Virus record (IMG/VR): IMGVR_UViG_3300047994_000374
Coordinates: 248,001 to 312,000 of that record
Reading direction: 5' to 3' (one strand)
Length of the DNA stretch: 64,000 bases
Part shown: piece after piece, positions 41,464-50,876 of the stretch
Layout of the letters: the number at the start of each line of letters is the position of its first letter
Numbering within the stretch: the stretch's first letter is position 1
Program-made: the position numbers and the translations under genes
The notes under the pieces: generated by a model
Database searches by the model: none
The model's input: only the letters and a program-made list of their open reading frames with translations
Told to the model about the DNA's origin: nothing

Positions 41464-42417
41464 TTAATTATTAGGAAAACTATTGTCAAGTGATAATTTA
41501 TTTTTAATAGATTTTACGATTATTTCCCAATCTAGTTGCCAAATTGTAATAATATTATATCCATTTTCTTTTAAAAATTGTTCCCTTGATATGGTTTCTT
41601 TATATAGTTGTCCATATGTCTTTTTCAAAACGGGATGCATTTCTTCAGGAGGATACTGCGGATTATTGGGATTTCCGTGCCAAAAATCTCCATAAAATTC
41701 ATAGATAGTATTTGTTTTATGATCAAATGCGTCAGTTTTAATTAGCCGTCCATCTACTTTGAATTTTATATGATGATATTCTTCTGGTATTTTTAAATAA
41801 GCAATCCACTCTAATTCCATATTTGAAATAGATGACTTGCATTTTGGGCATCCAGAACCTGCTACGTGATGCGCCGCTTTTTGTTCAAAAAATCCATGTT
41901 TGGGACATTTTATTGTTATTTTATCGTGAGTGTTTATATATTCGCCAAAATACTCATACTTATTTTTATGAACTTTATTCGCTTCGCTTACGAATTTTTC
42001 CATTCCTTTTTTATGTAAGTTCGCCCGGACTTCGTCAGCGCAATCTCTACAGCCGCCGCCCGTTAAATGAGTATGTGGAGTTTGCCTAAATAAACCGTGT
42101 TTTGGGCATATAATACTAATTTTTGTTTCTGTATTTTTATATTCTTCTGGGAAAGGGTATGAATAAAAATTATTGTGCTTTTTGTTTGCGTTTTTTAAAA
42201 AATCTCCAAGTTTAGTTCTTTTCTTAATGTCAGCGCATGTCTTGCAACCACATCCGTTCAAGTGATTGCCCGGCTTCTGCTCGAAAGCTCCATGAATTTG
42301 GCATAATATATTTATTTTAGTATCCATATTTATATATTCTTCAGGATACGAATATTTATTTGAATGAATTTTATTAGCTTTAATTACAAATTGTTCGTGA
42401 GTTAGGCGCACAGTCAT
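41464..42417 (-). CDS. Putative homing endonuclease with three zinc-binding repeats and a Vsr/PD-(D/E)XK-like C-terminus
   Basis: Three C..HG.F.Q....H..G.GC..C repeats; D...IYEFYGDFWHG. Confidence 0.8.
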   Translation of the reverse strand: MTVRLTHEQFVIKANKIHSNKYSYPEEYINMDTKINILCQIHGAFEQKPGNHLNGCGCKTCADIKKRTKLGDFLKNANKKHNNFYSYPFPEEYKNTETKISIICPKHGLFRQTPHTHLTGGGCRDCADEVRANLHKKGMEKFVSEANKVHKNKYEYFGEYINTHDKITIKCPKHGFFEQKAAHHVAGSGCPKCKSSISNMELEWIAYLKIPEEYHHIKFKVDGRLIKTDAFDHKTNTIYEFYGDFWHGNPNNPQYPPEEMHPVLKKTYGQLYKETISREQFLKENGYNIITIWQLDWEIIVKSIKNKLSLDNSFPNN

Positions 42418-42435
42418 ACTTCATATATATCAAGA

Positions 42436-43158
42436 TTATTTATTATTTAAACGTCCGTCCCTTGAATCGAAAAATGTGGCAAAAAATCGGTTATCCAATC
42501 CCAAATCTGATTGAGCTGAAACGCTTCCACCAGGTACTTTAGTTCCATTTAAAAGCGTAAACCCATTTTCGAAATCGTAATGTTTATGATCTAAACTACA
42601 TATATAAACCGAGTCCGATCCTTCAAGCTTAAACATACCTGTACCAGGATGATCTGGGCACGACCGCGCCTTCAAGGGCGAACCTTCAATTGGCATATTT
42701 TTTACATATTCTGATTTTTCAACTTCTTTTGCTTGATCGGCAGTCTTGTTATAATCTTTTAATTTTTCTGCAGTTCCTTGGTACTTGAGGCGCAATGTTT
42801 CAAGACGCGCATCTTCTTCGGCTTTTTTATTACGAATGGCATCTTTTGGGGCGGCGATTGTTAATAGAAGCTCATCAAGAACACTTGCTTGTTTTCTCAA
42901 TGCAGGATCATCTGAACTATCCAATGCAGTCGCTAAATTTGCAATCTCTTCAATGGACTCTGGTGTAATAACAGATTCGGCTTCTGGTTCAATTGCATCT
43001 ACTTCTGACGCTGCATTCTTTAATAAGTCGGCAGCCTGAACTAAAGCGTGAGCAACCACTTCCAAACACTTTTCATCGTATTCAGAAAGGAGCAATGCTG
43101 GATTTTCGACATCTTCTAAATCATTTGCATAAGCTTTTAGTAAATCAGATATCCGCAT
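42436..43158 (-). CDS. Hypothetical protein with shared helical module and C-terminal Zn motif
   Basis: LATALD...KQASVLD; CPDH...C. Confidence 0.7.
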   Translation of the reverse strand: MRISDLLKAYANDLEDVENPALLLSEYDEKCLEVVAHALVQAADLLKNAASEVDAIEPEAESVITPESIEEIANLATALDSSDDPALRKQASVLDELLLTIAAPKDAIRNKKAEEDARLETLRLKYQGTAEKLKDYNKTADQAKEVEKSEYVKNMPIEGSPLKARSCPDHPGTGMFKLEGSDSVYICSLDHKHYDFENGFTLLNGTKVPGGSVSAQSDLGLDNRFFATFFDSRDGRLNNK

Positions 43159-43958
43159 TAGAACCTCTTCATATTTTGTAAAGTTTTTGTAATTTCATTT
43201 TTAACATCTAAAATCCATGGATCATTCTTTGGAATACCACCACGAGTGCTCATGTTAATAATATGTGACATTTTTTCTTTAAGTTCTGGGTTGTTTTCCA
43301 TCACTAATCCCCAATCATCACGATCTTCAATTCCGAATTCAGATCCATGTTGACGAATAAAATCAATTATATTATATACTGAAAGGGGCACCCGTTGCGG
43401 TTTAAAACGAGTGGGATCGGCCGCAATTGGATCAGTTTCTTCTGGTTCATGCGGATCAAGTTTTTCTAAATCTTTTACCATATCAAGCGCAATAGACATA
43501 AGTCGGCTTAATCCAGTTCGCATCTTTCCAAACTGATCGTCACGAATTTTACGATCATATTTGGTAGCCGTAGGAAATCCGGTGAAAATGAGTTCAGATA
43601 CATTCGCAAACTGAACGTTACTGCCTTCAACTACTTTATTTTCATCAATAACATTTGTTAATGCCAGTAATGCGTCTGTAATATCTGCAAAGCTAATATC
43701 ATTACGATTAGCTTTAAGATAATCAACGATATTTACAACTTTACGACAGAACTCAAAACCTTTGCGAGCTTGAACTTCCCGGTCACTTTCGGCTTTTTTA
43801 ACATCTGAATTGGCGCACCACTCTAAAATAGAGTGACTTTTATGAACGACATTATAGAGGGCGTCTATTTTATTTCTTAAAGATGCCTCTAAATGAGATG
43901 CGTCTTCGGCAACCTTATATTTTATAGCTAAAAATTGCCATAATCGATCTGTTTTCAT
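43158..43958 (-). CDS. Hypothetical protein
   Basis: 266 aa ORF. Confidence 0.7.
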   Translation of the reverse strand: MKTDRLWQFLAIKYKVAEDASHLEASLRNKIDALYNVVHKSHSILEWCANSDVKKAESDREVQARKGFEFCRKVVNIVDYLKANRNDISFADITDALLALTNVIDENKVVEGSNVQFANVSELIFTGFPTATKYDRKIRDDQFGKMRTGLSRLMSIALDMVKDLEKLDPHEPEETDPIAADPTRFKPQRVPLSVYNIIDFIRQHGSEFGIEDRDDWGLVMENNPELKEKMSHIINMSTRGGIPKNDPWILDVKNEITKTLQNMKRF

Positions 43959-43963
43959 TATTT

Positions 43964-45550
43964 TTACCCCAAAAAGATTTTAGCATTCATAAATGATGCG
44001 CCTTCGTAAGTTTCTGACATTCCTCTGCGATATAATGGACGACAATTTCCATGGTCGTCTTGATATACCTTATGAGCTGGAAGTCCGGTATGTGAACAAA
44101 TGGGATGTTCTGAAACGGCACTTTTAACCAATGCTGAACATTTGGTCTCTTCGACTGGTTTAACTCCAGCAAGGGCGCTCTTATAAATAGCAAATCCACT
44201 CGCATAAGCTTTTTCATCTTCACCATGAGCTAATACATTGAGGGCATCTTCAGCTTTTACTAAATTACCCTCTAAAACAGCTTCTCGAATATTGTTAATA
44301 ATTTCGCTTGGCTTTAAAGATGCCATTGCTGAAGAAACCGCGGCAACACGGATATCTGAAGCATTTTCAGAAACAAGCTCATTAATTCCAGCTTTATCAA
44401 ATGTTTTTACTGACCCGTTGCATAAAAGAACATTTGGTTTAATCATCGTTCCATTTGCAAATTTAACTGGAACAGTAAAAGCAACTCGACCACCATTTAA
44501 TGATACTGCGTAAAATAAAGTGGTCTCATCTGATTTGGCAAGCTTCATTTGAGGATGAGAGTGACCAAAACTGGCTAATTCACGAGCTAAATGTCGATGA
44601 GCAGCCGATACTTTTTCTTCGCCGAAATTCCATGAAGCAATTCCAAGTGGTGATTCAAATTTCTTTTCAAAGCTTTCAAATTCGTCAGAGGTCGTTTCCA
44701 TCTCAGACACTGCTGCATTGACGATCTTTTGACCTTCAGAGCTATTTGCGAAGAAGCTGGAAGTTCCGTAGCTTGAATTATTAAAACGCGCTAAAGCCAA
44801 TTCTGCTTCGCTTATGGTTGAACTCAAAACACCTAACACAATCTCACTTCCAATTTTAAGCTGTGAGCCCGCATTTGAAGTAATGTAGTTACGAATGTTT
44901 GTGTTGTTTAAATCTTGTGGTCCAGTGTTACCCATAAATACAGAGGCTTCTTTAACATCTGATCTAACAACTTCAACGGGGACATAAAAACTAGTTAAGC
45001 CTTTTGGAGTGTCATAATCTGCTTTAACAATGATAAATTTCTCATTTCCACTACCAACAGACAAATGTTGTGGGTTAAGGTTCCAAAGTTCAAGGGCGTT
45101 GGCGACGATTTTAAGGGCTCGATTAGCTGTACTTTGAGCATAAGTTTTAAGTGGAGTGTCCTTATCAAGCGCTGAATTTAATGCATTTGCGAGGATTTGA
45201 TCGCCAATTTCGTAGGTTGGAAGCTCTGCTGAATCATCTCGCTCCTTATAAGTCACTGGGGAAGCGGCTGGAGTAATACCTAATTCTTCTGCAAAAATTT
45301 CTGCAGCTTCAGTTCCATAAGAAAATAGCTTATTGTATAAATTACGAAAGTCTGCTCGACGGATTAAATCAGTTCCATTTTCAGACATCTTCTCGACGAC
45401 TCGATATAACTGACCTAGCGTCTTATCATGAGGGGCAACTTCAATGGCATGAGCTAATTTGATAGTCAATGCTGTGGTTGATAACTTATGATTGTCGTCA
45501 ATAGATTTCACTGTCGCAGTAACTAACTGATTAAATTTATCTAAGCTCAT
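43964..45550 (-). CDS. Hypothetical protein with internal duplicated domain
   Basis: SFYVPVEV and AFTVPVKF repeats; Cys/His-containing C-terminus. Confidence 0.7.
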   Translation of the reverse strand: MSLDKFNQLVTATVKSIDDNHKLSTTALTIKLAHAIEVAPHDKTLGQLYRVVEKMSENGTDLIRRADFRNLYNKLFSYGTEAAEIFAEELGITPAASPVTYKERDDSAELPTYEIGDQILANALNSALDKDTPLKTYAQSTANRALKIVANALELWNLNPQHLSVGSGNEKFIIVKADYDTPKGLTSFYVPVEVVRSDVKEASVFMGNTGPQDLNNTNIRNYITSNAGSQLKIGSEIVLGVLSSTISEAELALARFNNSSYGTSSFFANSSEGQKIVNAAVSEMETTSDEFESFEKKFESPLGIASWNFGEEKVSAAHRHLARELASFGHSHPQMKLAKSDETTLFYAVSLNGGRVAFTVPVKFANGTMIKPNVLLCNGSVKTFDKAGINELVSENASDIRVAAVSSAMASLKPSEIINNIREAVLEGNLVKAEDALNVLAHGEDEKAYASGFAIYKSALAGVKPVEETKCSALVKSAVSEHPICSHTGLPAHKVYQDDHGNCRPLYRRGMSETYEGASFMNAKIFLG

Positions 45551-45559
45551 TTGTCCCTT

Positions 45560-46021
45560 TTAGAGTAATTCTGGATACTTCTTATATGCGTTTATTTTGG
45601 CAGTTGGGCTTAATTCATTCAACAGCGCTTTCACTAATTTCTTGCTTTCGGCAAGTTTTGAAGGAAGATAGACTTCAGCTTCATTGAGTTCCGTTGGAGG
45701 GATGCCCAATTTCTGTGATGCTAAACAAACGAGTGGATCACCTTTATAGGAAACTTGTAATTGACCAGCTGATTTAACAAACTTTACGGACCAGTCATTT
45801 GCCGTTTTAACTTCAAGGTCTTCATCACCATAAAGGGCAACAATATAGTCACCATCATCAGAGCTTTGAACTTCCCAAAGCTGAGCTGCCTTATCTGCGT
45901 CTTTGAATCGTACTACGCCGAACGCAATTGACTCGAGTTGGTCTTTAACATCTGCCAACCGATATGCTTTCTTAGTAATGGTCGTATGTAAAGCGTCATA
46001 ATTCACTGTAAATTTTGGCAT
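45560..46021 (-). CDS. Hypothetical protein
   Basis: 153 aa; KKAY, KTAN and KSAG motifs. Confidence 0.7.
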   Translation of the reverse strand: MPKFTVNYDALHTTITKKAYRLADVKDQLESIAFGVVRFKDADKAAQLWEVQSSDDGDYIVALYGDEDLEVKTANDWSVKFVKSAGQLQVSYKGDPLVCLASQKLGIPPTELNEAEVYLPSKLAESKKLVKALLNELSPTAKINAYKKYPELL

Positions 46022-46110
46022 AGATGATCCTTAGATTAGAAATAGATTGCCTGTTGGTATGACAAAATATTGCTATTTGATTAGTAATATGTTATTTTTA
46101 TCTACCGGGC

Positions 46111-46610
46111 TCACCATTTTTGGGCACGGATTTCATTCATACGATTTAAAATCGCTAAAATTCTTTCATCTGTCTCAATAACTTTTTTAAGCTTCTTGAT
46201 AGTTCCCCCATAAGAAGTTTTATTGTTACTGTAATCGACATTGCCCCAAAGCGAAAAGGGTCCCCAATAAAATAATTTATTTATTTTTATTTTATTGGGG
46301 ACCAGAACGATTTGGTTACAGAACTTTGATTAATTCCTAATCCAAGAGCTACTTCTTGCTGGGTTTTTCCAGACGCGTATGATTTCATCACTTCTCTTTG
46401 TCTCTCTGTCAAATTTTCCTCAACAATTCTCCAAAACTCTACTTTCAATTGATCTTCCAAATCAAGTAATTCTTCATTATATTCAAATGGGTTCAAAATA
46501 TCACTAATACTATCCGCATTCGAAAATGCTTCCATCATATCATTACTGAACATCTTTTCTAAAAGTAAAAATTGATATTTGCTCGAGCGGCCTTTTTTTT
46601 TCTCAATCAT
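46111..46610 (-). CDS. Sigma-70 region-4/LuxR-type HTH regulator interrupted by a 56-nt hairpin segment (147 aa if skipped)
   Basis: LTERQREV....GKTQQEVA..LGINQSSVTKS, stop at 46287; the frame resumes as SLWGNVDYSNNKTSYGGTIKKLKK...QKW* to 46111. Confidence 0.75.
46259..46303. repeat. Perfect 17-bp inverted repeat with 11-nt loop inside the sigma-like gene
   Basis: GGTCCCCAATAAAATAA / TTATTTTATTGGGGACC. Confidence 0.95.
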
Positions 46611-46679
46611 TTCGCCTACTTAGGTTATATTGTTTATTTGTTTCTTCTTATTATATCTTTAATCGTATTTAAGCTACAA

Positions 46680-47465
46680 TTAAATATTCTCTTCTTCACT
46701 CACCCTGTCTTCAAAACATATATCATTAAAACTACGAATATTTTTATTTTTACTCAAATACTCATCAATATCTTTGTATTGTGGGCTCAAGTATAGATCC
46801 GTTACTTTTGCATGTTTCCCGAATTTTTTATGAATTAATTTTCTACCCTTTAACCCCGCTTCATCATTATCCAATAAAACAAATATATTTTCGGTGTATC
46901 GAGTGATTAGACTAAATTGATAAGCGGTCATATTCGAATTTCCTAAAGCGACAATATTATCAATACCATGTTCCAAACCTTTAATGACATCCAATTGTCC
47001 TTCTACAATAATCACACAATCTTTTTCAAGTATATTATTTTTATTTTCAAATAATCCAAAAAGATGATTTCCTTTAGTAAAAATGGTATTCTTGTATTTA
47101 GAAATATTTTGCGCTTTATATTCGACTTCAGGTAATAGAGTTCTACCAACCAAAGCTACGACATCGCCATATGCATTTTTAAATGGTAGGATAAGAGGAT
47201 AATTTTCGAAATAAGAGAATATTAAATCTCTTTGACACCAAGCGTCTGAAATCGTCTTGGAGTAACAAAGGCGATTTTTCTTTACCACATCAATATCTAC
47301 CATATTAAACAATACGTCCATTTGATCGGCACGAGGAAAATACCCAAACTTAAACAACTCTTGGCTATGCTCTGTCAAACGATCATTGATATATTTTTTA
47401 GCTTCCTCGGCTGTTGGGAAATTATTTAGCAGATAGTGGCAAGCCTCTACAATAGGTTCAAGCAA
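46680..47465 (-). CDS. dnaG: DnaG-type primase catalytic/TOPRIM domain, no N-terminal zinc finger
   Basis: GR....KYKN; VEGQLDV; LDNDEAG; KDIDE. Confidence 0.88.
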   Translation of the reverse strand: MLEPIVEACHYLLNNFPTAEEAKKYINDRLTEHSQELFKFGYFPRADQMDVLFNMVDIDVVKKNRLCYSKTISDAWCQRDLIFSYFENYPLILPFKNAYGDVVALVGRTLLPEVEYKAQNISKYKNTIFTKGNHLFGLFENKNNILEKDCVIIVEGQLDVIKGLEHGIDNIVALGNSNMTAYQFSLITRYTENIFVLLDNDEAGLKGRKLIHKKFGKHAKVTDLYLSPQYKDIDEYLSKNKNIRSFNDICFEDRVSEEENI

Positions 47466-47799
47466 TGTCTTTACCTGCCGATTTTAGCATTTCTTTGAGC
47501 ATGATTTTGAAAGGTTCCGTCAGATGTTCATGCTCTTTCAAACACGAGAAGCAGACAATTTTTTTATCCACTTCTTTAGGTCGTCCTTCTTTGCCGCATT
47601 TCGAACACTTTACGAAAAAAGAACCAGCTACTTTTGGTTTAAATTGTTTGAGCGATTTCATTTGGACTTTTGTGAATTGAGTGATGTTAGTCATTTCTTT
47701 TTCACAAACTGAACAATAAACGATATTTGTTTTGGGGTCGATGTAGGGTTCGTTTTGCTTGTTACAACCTTTATTTTGACAATTCGCTGAGAACGGCAT
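47458..47799 (-). CDS. Double zinc-ribbon protein
   Basis: CQNKGC/CSVC and CSKC/CFSC. Confidence 0.7.
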   Translation of the reverse strand: MPFSANCQNKGCNKQNEPYIDPKTNIVYCSVCEKEMTNITQFTKVQMKSLKQFKPKVAGSFFVKCSKCGKEGRPKEVDKKIVCFSCLKEHEHLTEPFKIMLKEMLKSAGKDIA

Positions 47800-48763
47800 T
47801 TGCTTTTCCTTTTAATAACTCAATGAGGTCTGATGTATCTTCCGGATAATCAATATGGAGAATAACTTTTTGCTCTCCCTTTCGATCTACTCCAACATTT
47901 TTAATTATGATTTCTTCTTTGTTTTTGGAAAGAGGCGGAATTGAAATTTCCTTATCGCCCAACACTGTTTTAACCGACCGTGTTGTTCCAGTTAAGGCAT
48001 CAAGAAGTGAAATATTATGATTTAAAATAACATAGCCATCTTTTAATGATAAATCAGGATCGAGTGCAACATTTATTTTACAATTGGCGTCGGTGAATTG
48101 ATCTTGCACACCCATAAAGGAACCAACAAAATTTCCGTACCCTTGCATCTTTAAAACGCTCTCTGAAGTTACGCCTCCGGGGATTTTAACAGAAACCGAC
48201 ACTTCATGATCTACAGTTCCGGCAGCCTTACATGGTTCACATTTTTCTACATTTGATCTACCATGACATAAAGGACAAACGGATTGAAACATCATATTTC
48301 CTTTTTGCGAAATAACTTGTCCTTGTCCATGGCACTTTTTACATCCGTTATTTAATTTAATGGTTCCTTGTCCATTGCATTTTTGACATTTATTTTTTCT
48401 TGTAAATTTCAAATCTTTTTTGCAACCTAAAACAGAATCTTTAAATGAAATATCAATGTTCAATTGAATGTGAGATGCTGGTCGCGTTTGTTGTTGAAAT
48501 GGGTTGCTACTGCCAAATGGATTAAAACCTCCGCCCCAACCATGATAATACTCTTCTGGAATGAAATCTTCACGGTCATTTCCTTTGCCACTTTTAATGC
48601 ACTCATAAGCTTGATTAATAGCCTTGAATTTATCTTCAGCACCAGGCTCTTTATTGATATCAGGGTGAAACTGTTTTGTGAATTGGCGATATTTCTTTTT
48701 CGCCTCTTCTGGGGTAGCGGTTTCTTCAAGTTCCAATAATTTATAAGCTTCAGTAAGTTTCAA
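47771..48763 (-). CDS. dnaJ: DnaJ chaperone
   Basis: J-domain HPD; CxxCxGxG repeats; C-terminal domain. Confidence 0.92.
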   Translation of the reverse strand: MKLTEAYKLLELEETATPEEAKKKYRQFTKQFHPDINKEPGAEDKFKAINQAYECIKSGKGNDREDFIPEEYYHGWGGGFNPFGSSNPFQQQTRPASHIQLNIDISFKDSVLGCKKDLKFTRKNKCQKCNGQGTIKLNNGCKKCHGQGQVISQKGNMMFQSVCPLCHGRSNVEKCEPCKAAGTVDHEVSVSVKIPGGVTSESVLKMQGYGNFVGSFMGVQDQFTDANCKINVALDPDLSLKDGYVILNHNISLLDALTGTTRSVKTVLGDKEISIPPLSKNKEEIIIKNVGVDRKGEQKVILHIDYPEDTSDLIELLKGKANAVLSELSK

Positions 48764-48765
48764 TT

Positions 48766-49335
48766 TTATTTAACTTTCTTCTTTTTAACTTTTGCTTTTT
48801 TAATAATTTTTCCGGTAAGAATAAATGCATGATATAAAGCTACCGCCCATGCATCTGCCATATCATAATTTTCGGGCAGAGTTTTACCTTTTCTGCCTAT
48901 ACGATATGGAAATTTAACATTCAAATGAGAAGATACAAGAGCAGGCATCTCTTCTTTTGGAGGTAATATTTTATCTTTCTTTAAACCATGACGAATAGAC
49001 ATGACATTATAGAGGTTTGGCATTTGTTGAAGAAAATCGAATGCAAGTAATCCAATCATCCTATTAAAAGTAGTTAAGGTTATAATAGTATTAGCTGAAG
49101 ATTTTCCAGGAAGATATTGAACTAAATCTTCGATAGCAATATAATTCGGTTTCAAATGTTCAATAAGTTTTTTAACTTTATCTCTTGTATCGGCAATTCT
49201 TTCAATAATATTTTCTGATTTAACTGGTTTTATATTATCCAGATACTTCATTGTTATTTTATTTTGCTCGTCAATTTCCAATAAACATATGCCTATGCAT
49301 GAGCTGGAAATATCGAAACCAAGAACGCGTATCAT
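48766..49335 (-). CDS. RuvC-like Holliday junction resolvase
   Basis: VLGFDIS, IAIED, DMADA; true start probably MIRVLG at 49335. Confidence 0.8.
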   Translation of the reverse strand: MIRVLGFDISSSCIGICLLEIDEQNKITMKYLDNIKPVKSENIIERIADTRDKVKKLIEHLKPNYIAIEDLVQYLPGKSSANTIITLTTFNRMIGLLAFDFLQQMPNLYNVMSIRHGLKKDKILPPKEEMPALVSSHLNVKFPYRIGRKGKTLPENYDMADAWAVALYHAFILTGKIIKKAKVKKKKVK

Positions 49336-49353
49336 ATTGGATATATATCGGGC

Positions 49354-49388
49354 AAAAACAAAACCCGCCAAGTTTTTAGGTTGGCGGG
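49354..49388 (-). terminator. Rho-independent terminator after the SSB gene
   Basis: CCCGCCAA/TTGGCGGG stem plus T-tract on the minus strand. Confidence 0.75.
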
Positions 49389-49419
49389 CGTTGAACAATC
49401 AAAGGAGGAGAGATTGTTT

Positions 49420-50148
49420 TTAGGTGGTTGCCGAATAGTCTGGAAATTCGGTATCCAAATCGTCGTCTTCATCTTTTACTGGTGTTGCTGCCGCTTTGGC
49501 TTGAACTGCTGCTGCAACCGAACCTGACGCAACTGGGGCGGTGGTTTGGGTTGGAGCGGGAGTTGAAGAAAGAGTAACGCCGTTAATCTTGTCCATTCGA
49601 CGCTGAACAAATGCGGCATCGGGCGGGGTAACGCGTTTCTTTAAATCTTCCAAATCAACGTTATCTTTGATAAGTTGATCTGCAGCTGATAAAGGTTCCT
49701 TGCTAATTGGCTGAACGGTGTAATAACCAACAGCTCCGCCATTTTTATCAATTACAATATCAATGTCATATTTTTCTGGCGAGCCCCATCGTGCGGTGTT
49801 CTGAGCGAGCTTACGGATTTGACCGAAAACAGCGTAAGACACGTCGAGAATCTTATAGGTGCCCGTCTTGCGAGAAATTACTCCCAAAAGCCAGCGAAGT
49901 TTTGGTTTATCGCCGAGCTTACAAAGGGGACATTCTCCATTGGCACTTGAACAATTAACCTTCTGTCCAAATCCCGTATCTCCTTCTTTCTTATACTTAT
50001 GAACCAAATATTGGTATGGTTGGGTAATAATTCTTAATTCATTTGATCCTTCATCGAGGCGCATCCACAAATCTTTTGAATTGGTTTGCTTTTTTTCTTG
50101 CCCTGCGTAAAGATCATCATTCCATGCTACTTCACCGAATTTACTCAT
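49420..50148 (-). CDS. Single-stranded DNA-binding protein (gp32-like)
   Basis: L..G.N.LRI, H...C...CPLC zinc site, acidic C-terminal tail. Confidence 0.7.
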   Translation of the reverse strand: MSKFGEVAWNDDLYAGQEKKQTNSKDLWMRLDEGSNELRIITQPYQYLVHKYKKEGDTGFGQKVNCSSANGECPLCKLGDKPKLRWLLGVISRKTGTYKILDVSYAVFGQIRKLAQNTARWGSPEKYDIDIVIDKNGGAVGYYTVQPISKEPLSAADQLIKDNVDLEDLKKRVTPPDAAFVQRRMDKINGVTLSSTPAPTQTTAPVASGSVAAAVQAKAAATPVKDEDDDLDTEFPDYSATT

Positions 50149-50236
50149 ATTTTATCCTTTTGTTATTATTTATACACACTTAAGTGCCACAACTCTTCTT
50201 TAACTATTTAATTTGAGTTATTTACTACTCTTTTTA

Positions 50237-50536
50237 TTACTTTGAGAACTTAACAATTCGAGTTGAAAAATGACCAATACGATCAAAGCTAACTCCAATG
50301 CGTCGAGTTCGGATACGGCTAACTACTCTGTTTAAAACAACTCGTAATGCGCTTGGCGAACCAGGAAGCATATGTGAGTTTCTACGACCAACTACCTTCA
50401 CGAGCGTTTGACCAAGTTTAGTCATTGTGCCCGTCCAGTTTTTAACATTGCGCCGTGAAAGAACTTCCAAAACGCCGTTAAAAACTACATCATCAACATT
50501 CATTTGAACTACTTGTTTATTACGATTAGATACCAT
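50237..50536 (-). CDS. Small basic, probably DNA-binding protein
   Basis: 99 aa, Arg-rich. Confidence 0.55.
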   Translation of the reverse strand: MVSNRNKQVVQMNVDDVVFNGVLEVLSRRNVKNWTGTMTKLGQTLVKVVGRRNSHMLPGSPSALRVVLNRVVSRIRTRRIGVSFDRIGHFSTRIVKFSK

Positions 50537-50567
50537 TTTATTACCATCTTTCTTGTTTGTTTTATTG

Positions 50568-50876
50568 TTATTTTGCTGCGTATACTAGATTTTGAATAAG
50601 TTGAACTCGATGCTGTGGAATCATAACTTCAACTAATAATTTTTGTAATGTGCCCGCGAGGATTTTTGAATAATCTTTAAGCACATCTTCAGTTTTTTCA
50701 TCTGTAAAAATTCCCTTTACAGTGGTCATTCCATTTATAAAATCAGGTTTATCCAATGATATAAATAAAGATGGTTTTTTGCCACCATCAAGCACAATGA
50801 GATGTGGAGGTTTTTTTGCAAAAGAAGAAGTGGGATGGATAAGATTTGTGATTCCAACAACGACATCTTCACTCAT
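50568..50876 (-). CDS. Hypothetical protein
   Basis: 102 aa, coupled to recA. Confidence 0.65.
   Translation of the reverse strand: MSEDVVVGITNLIHPTSSFAKKPPHLIVLDGGKKPSLFISLDKPDFINGMTTVKGIFTDEKTEDVLKDYSKILAGTLQKLLVEVMIPQHRVQLIQNLVYAAK

Noticed and set aside
46245-46315. Bulge-helix-bulge (archaeal-type) intron or terminator explanation for the hairpin
   Set aside because: Flanking CCAAA/TTTGG can pair, but the central 4-bp helix cannot form. Only a short U-run follows the stem, and an open coding frame resumes after it.
49336-49398. ORF-track N-terminal extensions (RuvC-like; similarly 21429-21503 and 36600-36707)
   Set aside because: They run through a terminator or overlap upstream genes; downstream ATGs with RBS or promoter motifs are more plausible.
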